This document shows positions 23,923-34,900 of a stretch of DNA of 64,000 nucleotides, in pieces. The stretch covers positions 65,410,001-65,474,000 of the forward strand of contig CM060732.1 in the NCBI GenBank assembly GCA_030704615.1. Reading direction: 5' to 3'. The notes under the pieces were generated by a model. It saw only the letters and a program-made list of their open reading frames with translations, searched no databases and was not told the origin of the DNA. Position 1 is the stretch's first letter, and each line of letters opens with the position of its first letter. Origin of the DNA: Takakia lepidozioides (Eukaryota; Plantae; Bryophyta). The position numbers and the translations under genes were made by a program.

Positions 23923-26900
23923 ATGACGAGGCGTCGTTTGTTGGAGAACACAGGGCCAAGGCAGCAGGTGAACGCGGAGACTGATTCACAAGAGCAGACG
24001 GAGACTGAGGCAGCGGCTGCGACACAGTCGGCGATAAGAGTGCGCCAGCCTGTGGAGGCAGAGATGAATCGCAGGGACACTGAAGAAGGTGGAAGCACGC
24101 GGAACGCCGAACCTGAAGAAGGTCAAGAAACCCTTGCGCAGACAGAAACTCCAGCAGATGTGAGAGGGAAGAGGAAAGCTGCAGAAGGGGATCAAATTTC
24201 AAAACCTAAGAAGGTGCCAGTAAGTTTTATCATATAGTCTGTGTGATTGCCTTTCAAGGAGTCCTTCCTCTTCCATTCTTTAGCAGGAACTACTGAATCG
24301 CGAGCGTCGTTAACGCCATTCGATTCTGCTCATGAGATTTATGTACCTATGTGTTTGAAGAGAGAGTCTGCACTTACTATTCTCCCTAAACTACACTGAA
24401 TGTCGTTGCCGCCAATCAGTTGCACATATATGTCATTACACAACACCGATCCGGCAGGTTGTTATCTTTTGTGATTGTCGTTAACGCCGTTCGCTATCGC
24501 TCTCACTTTTGTTTTGAATACGGCAGTCTCGGCTTTGCATGTGTAGATTGTGCTGAATTCTTTCACACCATTCATGGTGAGTTTCCTTGATACAGAGTGA
24601 TTGTCGTTACCGCCATTCACTATTTGCAAATCACTTAGTCAGAACTGAATGGCATCGTGCAGAAAACTGTGAGGTCGAAGCCTACAGGATCAGAGGGGAA
24701 AGGATCTGGAGATGGGGACGAGTCCGCAAAAAGCTCAGAGAATACAGATGAAGCAGATGAATCCGAAGTGCACTACCTTGACAAGGTGAAAGAACTCATG
24801 TCATTCCAGAAGGTAAACTCTCAGGAGGTTATAAGGGACATGCTCGTATCTGGAGGGCGTCTGGACATACCTCTGTGCCGGATGATATCAATGCCTGTTG
24901 TGCGTCCACCTCTTTCCCATGACATAACAAAATTGGAGAGTGATTTTGTGCATGGATATAGACTTGGTGCACAAGTTTTTTATGTGTCACTGACGGATAT
25001 AAATGGGAAAAGCACATTAGTTTCTCCAGAGATCAGTGATAACTGGGATGAGTGCTGGAAAGATGCCAATGAGGAGTTCGAGCTGGGCCTCATGATGGGA
25101 AAGAACACCCAGCAATTTTGCAACCACATGTTCTACGTCTGGGACGGCAACCACCGATTGCTGGCATGGATGGGATACATTCAGAAACACCATTCGAAAG
25201 ACAAAGACAAGCATGTTGCTGTGGAGGCAATGGTTTTGGATCCAGGAAACGACATCGCTAGGCTTCTTACAGCTATGCACGACGTGAACAAGTAAGTCAT
25301 CCAGGAGATTTGATTCCCTCTGTAGTGTCTTGTTGATCCTCAAAAAACAGTGTTAAGGAATGCAATGTTTTCAATGTTTTTGCAGATCGACAGAGAAATC
25401 GCATGTGACAACAAGCTTGGTTCACACACTATTCCGAATTCAGAGGATTGGTCTGATGAAGCTGGATGATTTTCGGACAGTACTACCACCCAATATCATC
25501 AAGAAGTGCGAAACAGGAAGAGCTGCAGGCACTTGGTATTCTTTGACACGAGAGGCGTTTCTGGAGTACATGTATGCGGTAAGCCCGAGTCTGTAATCTG
25601 TTTACTTTTCGAATACATGTTTAGAGTCCCTTCGGAGCTAATCACTACTTGAATGAATGCAGCAAGAACTGGCAGAGGCAGCTGAGAAGGGAAAATCCGA
25701 ATATTACCGCACTACACCAGAGGAACTAAGGACATCAAAGGGTGTGGAAGCTGCAATAAAGAAGGAGTTTGAGATGCGAAGAACCAAATTGATGTCAGCC
25801 TTCGGAAAGCAGCTTAGAATAGTAGATCCTGGACTTGGTCCTGAGTTCCTTCAGCAGATCAAAACACACTATGACAAGCATGTGCATCCGGAGATGCAGC
25901 AGGAGAAATTGCACCGGCTGGCCATATCGATGGTCGACCCACAAACAAAAATAAGGTGGCTGGAGATATGGAACTCAGATCAAACAGTAAAGGACTTGAA
26001 TCAGTTCCCAAAGAGCACCATACAGCCTGGCACAAAGGTGGAAGGAATCAGTGATTTGGTGTTTGATAACTGGCTCCACAAGGCTACATTTTGGAGTCAG
26101 GTGTGTATTCGAACATGCTGTTTCTTCTCTTCAAGTATGTGATGTGTTTCTTTTTTGCAATTCTGACAAATATACTATTTGCAGCTCGAAAAGCGCGCCG
26201 TCATTGTGCTGGATCAGACTTTGAAGGACCTGAACATTGCGATTGTTTCCCCTCCCCAAATGTCATTGGAGGCATACATAAGGAAGTGGAGAGGTCTCAC
26301 CTGGAGATACTGTTTTTTCCGGGAGTTCTCCAAAGATGGTAACATTTTACGGTCCAACGACTTTGACAGTCAGGTTGGAGGAGAGTGGGCCATGATGCGA
26401 GTTGTGTACAGGTGAAATGTCATACTTGAAACTCTACTGTTTTTTTGGGAAAAATTGTGGCTTCATATGGATTGCAATCTTAGATCCAGATTGAATGTCG
26501 TTGACGACATTCACTTCTTTGTCTGAGTCATTCTTAAGCGAGTATATGAATTCACCTGGTTAGGATCTAAGGGTGCAATTATATTGTCCCTGATTAGAAT
26601 TGATAATGTCCTTGAATGGCGTTGACGACATTCACATACGGAGTTGTTGTGTGGTCCTCAAGGTTATTTAAATTTTTGTAATGTCCATAGAGGTTACAAT
26701 GAGGGTTGATCACTTCATTTTGCTGAATGTCAATGCAGACATTCAGTTGTTCTGCATTGTTTTTTCCTCTTGCGATGAATATGGAGGCTTGATAAGCTCT
26801 GTTTTAAGAAATCCAAAGTGAATGTCGTTGACGACATTCACAGCTGTGTCTGTATTATTCAAAAACGACAAATTCAATTTTCATGGATTGGGGAGCTAAG

Positions 26901-29560
26901 TAATTGGTTTCTTTTTTGTATTTTTGTGAATGGCGTTGACGCCATTCACATACAGTGATGTTGTGAGGTCCTCAGTGATAGGTTCGTTATGAATGTGCAT
27001 TGAGTTTTCCTGGATGGTTCCTTACTCAATTTTTTTATTTCCATCCTGTGATTTTGCTTCATTTCAGTAATAATTTGGCTTCATTCTTGAATGTCGTTGA
27101 CGACATTCACTTCTATGTCTGTGTCATTTCTAATCGCTTATTTGCATTCACCTGGATTAGGATGTATTTACAGTGTCATGGAATGGAATGTTCTGAATGG
27201 CGTTGACGACATTCATATCTGGAGCAGTAGTGTGGTCCTGAAAGGTCCTTGGAGCAGTTGTCAGAGCCATTTCAATCCATGTTTTATTCTTTCTGTTCTA
27301 CTTGCATCTTACTCACTGAGCGCTTTTGTGGGTTGGGATTCATCTCCTTTTTTCAGGTACACGAAATATGTGCTTATGGAAGGAAATCACCTGAGCGGAA
27401 TTCCCGACTATCTTGACATGTGGTCGGACCCTGCAAACGATCCAACCATGTATACTGCAGGGATATTGAAGGACTGGAGTCCTTCTCACTTCAGAGACTG
27501 TGGGTGGTACCTTGACTGCCCACCTGAGCACACGACCTTTCAAGAACAGCATATGAAATACTTGAACAATAACGCTGAGATGCTGGCGCCTTTGACTGAC
27601 GAAGAGTATCAACGAAACATAGCAACCTTGGCTGCCAAGGAGCCTGATGCTCAGGGAACGCCGCAGAAGGGAAAGAAGGCGGGCCGCAAACCAAAAGACA
27701 AGGCTGTTGATGTCATAGCCATCTCACCAGCAAAGCCAAAGGACAAAGACAAGTCCAAAGAGAAGGAAAAGGACAAGGGGAAGGAGAATGAAAAGGAGAT
27801 GGAGAGTGGGCAGGACTTTAGTGCTGGAAGATATACCCGCACTCTTCAGTGCGTGTTCGATGCCAAGCCACACCCTTCCCGTTCTGATTCAGCAGGAGAG
27901 ATGAAAATTGTTAATGAGGGTTGGCTTTCGATGATGCAGAGTCGAAAGAGAGGATACACTGGGGTGCCATCCCCTACCTGGGACAATATAATCTCATTCC
28001 TCAATCTGGTGAGAATTCCACTTTCTTTCCTTTTTCTCTGAATGTTTCGTTGGCAGTATTTCAGTCTCGTTCTTTGAAAACATTCTTGCCATCGTTCTTA
28101 TAAAAAACATGTCTGTTGCAGGTGAGCACAGGTCCCACCTTCGTGTGCGGTGTGCAGAAAACTTATGCGGCCGACATTGTCATTCTCGACATCCCGGATG
28201 GCCAGGCTGTGCCAGAAGTTCTTCCAAAGGGCAAGACGCCAGGGTGGAACAAATTCGAGGACAACTACTGGAGTTGGGTATTCGGGTTCTGTAACAATTT
28301 CCTCTCTGATGCAGGGACACTTCTGCTTTTTCAGTCATGTGACAATGATAGTCGTCGGGCATTGGCATCATACCTCAAGTCTTCAGGGTTTGAAGTTTTG
28401 CGCACATGGAATTGTGTGAACAGCCTCTACCTTGTGAAAGGGGGTTTCCCTGGTCAGCTGGTATGCCGTCTGCCTTCTGCTTATGCTTTGATCATGAGTT
28501 TCAATTTTCTCTGCAGCTCCACTCTAGTAGAATGTTTTATGATCGACACCGATCATCAACGATTCATGGTTTTTTGGTGTCAGAGTTCTGAATAGCCGAT
28601 GTACACACTTCCACTTTAGATTGTGTTTACCACACTAACCTGCTATCTTTGGCAGACGAGGATGTTCGAGGCGATCTGCCTGCGGAGGATTCGCACATCA
28701 AAGACACCATCCTCCATCCGCAGCTTTGAGATTTCTGACCAGGGTTGTTTCGTCAACCCCCCCTATGAGCCCCATGTCGATGACATTTTGTACAACTTCA
28801 TGCAGTCCAGTCAGACTCTGAAGAGACCAGATGGCACTCCCTGGAGAGGTGCAAAGGAAAAGTCACCAGCATTCATGCAAATACTGCTGGAGTCATGCAG
28901 CCACCGCTCTGCACGGGTGGTCGATCTTTCTGTGTCCACAGGTTCGTTTTCTCCCTTCCGAATTGGTTTCCTTTCAACAGTTTCATCTGCTTAAATCCCC
29001 TCCTCCAAACTGCTTATGTTCTCCTGTCTGGTGCAGGAGCAACTTACCACGCATGCAAGGCAGGCGGAAGAAGCCTTTTTGGTATGGAGGGTGATTCTGA
29101 CCTCTACAACACAGTGCTCCTCCCCCTTTTGTCTGGCTCCACTTCAGGCACACAGACTGATCGGATTCATATTCGAAATGATGACGATCCCGAAGATAAG
29201 CAGGTCGACAACGACTTTTCATGTGAGTAAGTGCTAAACCCTCTTTGGGAGTCATACTCAATTTCTCGATAACATCAAAGTTACAGTAATAACTTTTTCA
29301 GGCTGTCTTTCAGGAAAGCCAGCGGTGGATCTTCAGGAGATACAGTCATTTCTGGCGAGTCTGTTTTCGACAGCCCCCTTTCCAATTTTCTGCTCCCTGT
29401 TTATGCCGAAGCAATGGCACTTCACGCGTCCGAGTCCCTATCCCCTGACTTTTTAGTGGCCAGCCGTAGGTGTATCCAGCGTGGATCCGGTGTTCTAAAA
29501 TACTTAGACTTAGATGCAGAGGAAGAGGGGATACATTGTACTGACTCTGAGTCAGACTGA
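23923..29560 (+). CDS. ParB/Srx-like domain + beta-class N4/N6 DNA methyltransferase-like fusion protein, copy 2 (apparently intact, 10 exons, 1165 aa)
   Basis: Exons 23923-24219, 24663-25291, 25386-25578, 25663-26100, 26185-26411, 27357-28008, 28122-28460, 28656-28941, 29037-29226, 29314-29560. All introns are GT-AG and the total is 3498 nt, in frame. Motifs DIPLCRMISMPVVRP, YVWDGNHRLLAW, DIVILDIPDG, EKSPAFMQILLESCS, VVDLSVSTGATYHACKAGGRSLFGMEGD. Confidence 0.85.
24302..24618. repeat. Four degenerate copies of the 20-bp palindrome GAATGKCGTTRACGMCATTC in intron 1 of copy 2
   Basis: Copies start at 24302, 24398, 24473 and 24599. Confidence 0.75.
26493..27214. repeat. Seven copies of the 20-bp palindrome GAATGKCGTTGACGMCATTC in intron 5 of copy 2
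   Basis: Copies start at 26493, 26614, 26725 (degenerate), 26820, 26928, 27089 and 27195; the spacers are much more diverged than the palindromes. Confidence 0.92.
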
Positions 29561-30070
29561 ACTGTATTCTTTTAATATTCATTTTCATATTATCTGGAAA
29601 ACGTTGAATCCCCTTACTCTACCGTAGTTGTTCCTTTAGAACAAATAATAATCACAGAATCAACTTTCGTTTAAATTGCTATATGTATGAATCCATCTCA
29701 CAAACCTTCCTGACTCTTCTCATATCCATTGTGCATTCATCTACACTGTATTCATGCGTGCTCCATTCATGAAAGCTTCCTTTGTACAACATCCATTGTA
29801 CATTCATCCTCTGTACTCTTTAATCCACCCCACAAACCTTCCACACTCATTTCATATACTTTGTGCATTCGTCAAAAGATTTGGTCATGCATCTTCCTGT
29901 CATGAATTTTTGTCATTGCTCAACATCCATTATACATTCATCCATTTTACTCTTATCCATCCGTCATTCATCCATCTACATAGATTTTTCAAACTCATCC
30001 ATCTGTTTATCATCCAACTGTACATTCATCCATCATTTATTCAATGCCTTTTATTATGTCGTCCAGCTTG

Positions 30071-30237
30071 TTTCCGCGGTAAAGGGTGCCAATCCGCGGG
30101 AATACACTCCACTTCTTTCTGGGTGCGTGGTGACTCGGCCTCCACGTGTGATGACGTGGACTGAGCCCCGTGACGTGGCATTTGCGCAAGGTGACGTGGC
30201 GTGAGCGCAGTCGCGCTCACGTGACCAGGCTCACGCC
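30071..30237 (-). repeat. Imperfect right TIR of copy 2
   Basis: Reverse complement GGCGTGAGCCTGGTCACGTGAGCGCGACTGCGCTCACGC resembles the sequence from 18946 onward; contains TGACGTGG x3. Confidence 0.6.
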
Positions 30238-31295
30238 GAGGCATCCCTGCGGTGGAGCGGTGGAGCTGCGGAGCGTTGGAGTGGCGGGCTGGTGCATAGG
30301 GGAGGAGTGGGGCATCACTTCACTGGTGGGTTTCCTGGCCTAAGAGAGAGAATGAGGAAGATGAGAGAGAGAGCAATGAGCAATGCATGTTTTAGGTTCA
30401 TTTTTCAATCTCACTTTTCTTTCACCTTGTATTTGCTGTTGGGGTTTCTTGCCCTAAGAGAGAGAGAAGGAGAGAGAGAGGGGAGAGATGGTAAGGCATT
30501 GAAAACTGAATATTGTCTTAAAGTTGCCAACAAAATGACAATTGCATCTCCTTTCCTCTTAGCTTCTATTTGCTGTTCGGGCTTCCCGTCCTAAGAGATA
30601 GAGAATGAGGGAGAGGGGAGAGAGGCAAGGGGATTAAATTAGATAAGAAATTTATTATCTTCAGGTTGCGGCAATTGCAATCTTCCTTTCCTTGTGAGCT
30701 TCTATTTGTTGTTCGGGCTTCCCGCCCCGAGTTATTTTCAGGTCTTCTAATGGCTTTGGTACAGTAGACTAGGGCCAACCAGAAGTTCTTGTCATTACCA
30801 CCATATTGGTTACCTTGTTTTTCATTGTCCTTATTAGATCTCTTTTTATACCTTTCAAGCTAATAGATGTATTTGTGGAAGGGTCAATCAGTGGATAGAG
30901 GGCATTTGAAGCATTTATTTGGAAGCCTCGAAGACACACCGAAGCACTTCGACATGGCATCCAGTAGCAGGTAAAATTGCAGACTTATTAATTCATTGTG
31001 TTGTCTTGTTTCCCTTGATTTCTATTGTCTTTTCTTGTCTTAACTTGGCTCCAAACCATAGATCCAAAACTGTAACACCCAAATGCAAAGAGCCCCAAAC
31101 TTTCAAATCGATTTCGAATTCTACTGCAATTTCAATTGCTAATGTAATGCACTGCACATGCATAAACAATGCATAGGAAATGAATTGAACGCTACTTGTA
31201 CCATGGAAACACTACTTGTAACCATTCCAAATTCCCAAATATGAGACAACAAATCATAAGACCATATGCGTACACGATTGATAGTGAGTCGTAGA

Positions 31296-32535
31296 ACGTC
31301 GACATTAATGTCTAGAAAGTCTAGAAAGTCTAGAAATATAGCAAACAACTTCATGGTTCACGTAATCATGAAAAGCTAATGTCAGGAACATCGACATGAG
31401 TGTCGACGTTGTGGAGATTAATGAGGTCAGGTTAGGTTGGGAAATGCGGTTCAAAGAGGTTGGGTTAGGTTCGGTTTTCATGAGATTGAGTTTCACTGAC
31501 GTCAATTTGAATTCTTGTACTGAGGTAAGATGCGGCAGGGTAGGTTGGGTGAGGTTTTTACATTAGCGTCTTCATGGCGAAATGTCCCATTATTTCTTGA
31601 CATATTTATCTGGAACCTCGACATTTGCGTCGACGTTCATTAGACCTGATATAAAATCTTTTATCCCTTGCTTAGGATCATACTGAATTCGACATAGGTA
31701 GTAGAAGAAATGTTCCAAAAAATAGTACTCCTTAGTCTCCTCCGAAGGGACGTCGACATTCATGTCGACGTTGAGAATTTGGAACAAATTTTTTAGAGAG
31801 GTAGGACAATTTAATTTTGTGTTTGAGTGAACTGAGGCAGTTCGTAGGTGGTTGTGTAGGAGTGATTACTCTGGAAAGGATGAAACGACCGAATACTCAT
31901 CGAGCTTCTACCCAATTCCCAGAACTCCTGAATACGAGCTTCCGGACTTCATTGAACCACCTGAAATAGCCTACTCATCATCCGGTTCAGAGGCAGCAGA
32001 CTCGTCTGGATATTGTCCGTCCTCCCCTGAATATATGCCAACCTCGCCACAGTACATTCGTTCCTCTAAACGAGATAGCCAACGGCCATATGAATACATG
32101 TTATTCTACCCTACCTATGTTCCAGAAACATACAGTCCAGAGACTTATGTTCCATGCACGTCATACCCCGAAGAATATGAACTACCCATGGACAACGTCT
32201 GTGCCGAGATTCTTGGGCTGTCGGGAACTCAAGGTCAAGATCAAAAGATGAGTCCTCTTTTGGAACCTGTTTGGTTAGGCCGAATCTATTGTGATGAAGA
32301 CACTGGTCTCTGGACATTTGAGTAATGTTGTCTCATTGTTGAGGAATGTGTTGTAAATCTCAGTTGCTCTTTGATGTGAATAAAAGATGGATATTTACAA
32401 AGATTTTTCAATGTGTTTGAGTTTACAAACCTTGTGGGATTTGGTTTGTCTTTCATTATATGTGGAAAAGATAGTGTGATTAAATATCATGGTCACGTCG
32501 TAAACATTTTCTGACGTCGACATTAATGTCGAGGT
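31296..32535. repeat. Five dispersed 22-bp palindromes, consensus ACGTCGACATTAATGTCGACGT
   Basis: Copies start at about 31296, 31388, 31615, 31750 and 32514. Confidence 0.8.
31852..32325 (+). CDS. Uncharacterised Y/S/P/T/E-rich ORF with Pol II CTD-like heptads
   Basis: YCPSSPE-YMPTSPQ-Y and YVPET-YSPET-YVP. Start codon uncertain (may be a spliced exon). AATAAA follows at about 32379. Confidence 0.4.
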   Translation: MCRSDYSGKDETTEYSSSFYPIPRTPEYELPDFIEPPEIAYSSSGSEAADSSGYCPSSPEYMPTSPQYIRSSKRDSQRPYEYMLFYPTYVPETYSPETYVPCTSYPEEYELPMDNVCAEILGLSGTQGQDQKMSPLLEPVWLGRIYCDEDTGLWTFE

Positions 32536-32604
32536 GTTTTCCTGATCAAATATTGGACATCTGGCTTTTGCAGTTCTCAGGCCCCCAAAGACTGCCAACC
32601 CGGA

Positions 32605-33275
32605 ATGTCTGCAAACATTTGTGGGGATTTCTTATCTGTCAGATCCCCGGGATACAAGACCGAGCATGTAGCTATACACAAATTGCATAGCGGCATAAAA
32701 TAATGGGGCATTGAAGTCGCTGGGGAACCTCCAGATCACAAGCTCCGGTTTCAGTACAAGACAGGAAACAATGTTACAGAGCTCAAGTACGCATACGTGA
32801 AGGAAGTGGAAACCCAGACAAACATGCAGTCTCCAATGCTGGTGATCTTTGTTGCTGAGGATGGAAGGGTGAGCATCTGGAGATTTTGTCCGCAAGAACC
32901 TCATGAAACAATCAATCAATCAAGTTCAATGAAGACAACAACATCGGTCAGGATACCAAAAAATTTATCCGCTCCTGGGGCCGTTTTCAGGATGTATTGT
33001 TCGCAGCCGGTAATGAAAACATGGAACAAAGAACGGAAACACCAGCAAGACGAAGACGTAAGTCTACGACAGGGTCATCAGTAACAGAACATGATCAGGA
33101 AGGTGTTGGATCATCCTCAAAGAAGCGGAAACCAAAGAAATCCATTGATCCAGCCCTTGCTCCTGACGTAAAGAGACCCAAGACAGCCGATATTTACGAC
33201 AAGGATAAGTCAATAGAACTGGCAAAAAATCTAATAAAATACTACGGAGTCATGTTGTCAGGGATCATAAAATAG
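32605..33275 (+). pseudogene. Uncharacterised disrupted gene with a basic NLS-like C-terminus
   Basis: Frame from ATG 32605 is open to 33084 except for one TAA at 32701. A frameshifted continuation (ORF 32997-33275) has SKKRKPKK. Confidence 0.4.
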
Positions 33276-33744
33276 GAAGTCTTCAAAGTAATTGTTCTTA
33301 AACTGGAGCAATAAAAGTCTATGGTGTAGAATTAGTTTTGGCTGATACGATTTGATCTAGTTACTTCTGTTAGTAAGATATCTGAGTGGAGTCTTATTTG
33401 AGTCATAAAATTAAGATTACTACAGCACTAGAAGTTTGTAGTTCTAGTAATTATTGCCTGGGTTAAGAGATATAAATTTCTAAAGTAGGCAGTATATGCT
33501 AGCAGAATTTGGGACTTGGTCATATCCATGGCACTGATTCTGCAAAGACATATATGTTTGAACGATTTGAGCTAAACCCTTTTTATGGACCTTGATTCAC
33601 AAACTAATTCCAAGATCTTGTTGAGTAAAGCTTAGGTTATAGCTTCTGTTTTACAGCAAGTGAATTGAAGAACCTAGTAGGGACTTATGGATTTTTGAAA
33701 ACAAGGAATTCTAACTGCCAGGCCATGTTAAAGAGTGAGATTTG

Positions 33745-33936
33745 ACTATTGTGTTTAAATTCTAGCGACGACCGAAGGTCGAGAGCTAGTTTAGCCTAGA
33801 GCAGGAATAAGGTGCCATAGTGCCACGTCATCGTCACCACGTTTCGTAGCCAGCTGTCGTCGCCACGTTTCGTACGTCGTCAATTTCTTTCTATCTGCCC
33901 GGATTGCCCAAAAAATCCGAAAATAACTTCTTGAAC
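33745..33936 (-). repeat. Right copy of the outer inverted repeat (partner 17767-17987)
   Basis: Reverse-complement match over about 130 bp core, plus terminal GTTCAAGAAG. Confidence 0.8.
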
Positions 33937-34023
33937 GGTACTTCGTTGAGAGTGACCCTTTTCCTCCTTGCTATTGTTTGATGTTCAAAGGAGAGAGAGA
34001 GAGAGAGAGAGAGAGCGCAATGG

Positions 34024-34900
34024 CTACTTAGGTTGATAAGGCCTGGCCACAAGATCGAGAACAGTATGGTGATGGAAGAGTTCAAAGTGCGATTCTGGTG
34101 TAGACGGTGGAGCTCCTCTGGAGCTTGCAGATGAAAATGACTTCCACGAGATGACATCTCGTTCAGCCATATCGTTGAACACTCCCTTTGCATCCTCAAT
34201 GCTCCCACATTTGGCATACATTTTCATCAGGGCAGTGCTCAGAATGGCATTTGGTACTATTCCAGCTTTGAAGATGTCACCATGGATCTTTTTGCCCTTC
34301 TCCAGGGTTGCCAGGCTCGCATATGCATTGATTTGGTTGGACTTCACCCCTTCCTGCATCATTAGCTCATAGGTCTCCAAGGCATTCTTACCACAACCAT
34401 GCTTGCTAAGTCCTGCCATCATTATATTCTACGTGATCAAACCTTGTTCAGGCATTTTGTTGAACACTCAGTGTGCATCCACAATTCTCCCACACTTCAC
34501 ACACATGTTAACAAGGGTGTTGCATAGAAAAACGTTGGGCTTGAATCCACTTTGGATAATGTGAGCATGCACCTGTTTTCCGACTTCTAGGCCTTTCATC
34601 TTGATGCACTTATGCAAGAGACAAACATAAGTATCTGAATCTGCTGAATCTGCTGAAACCCTTCAAAATCTGTAGAGCCTCTTTCAGTTGCCCTGCCTCA
34701 CATAGCATCCTTACGTGCCCAGAAGTGCCAGAAGCGGTATTGTGTACTCCCTCTCTTGGTCCTCCCTTGGAAGCTGTGGTCATGGTGGAGCGCCTGATTT
34801 TATCAAATATGTCGTTGCCGCTGTTTCTAGTTGACCATCTACCCATGCAGGTTTCCTGTAGCTATCAATCCACAGGGAATCATGGGCACTATTGTGCCTG
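34024..34900 (-). pseudogene. PLS-class PPR pseudogene, paralogous to 14.7-15.15 kb
   Basis: LEKGKKIHGDIFKAGIVPNAILSTALMKMYAKCGSIEDAKGVFNDMAERDVISW; N-terminal RMLCEAGQLKEALQ shared with the 14.9 kb copy. Confidence 0.85.

Larger units (their letters stand above)
18946..30237. mobile_element. Mutator/MULE-like DNA transposon (~11.3 kb) with divergent transposase and ParB-MTase accessory gene (copy 2)
   Basis: Two head-to-head genes bounded by imperfect inverted repeats (GGCGTGAGC..CACGTGAGCGCG..CGCTCACGC; CCGYGGAT..ACCGYGGAA). No clean TSD, so the ends are approximate. Confidence 0.75.

Noticed and set aside
27091-27356. N-terminus of ORF 27091-28041 as coding (likewise ORFs at 11047-11966, 57853-58783, 49862-50766)
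   Set aside because: These run through intronic or subterminal repeat arrays; homology to the other copies starts only at the splice acceptors.
23923-29560. Bacterial or phage contamination as the source of the ParB-MTase gene
   Set aside because: Nine GT-AG introns, mostly shared among three diverged copies, embedded among plant PPR and TE sequences.
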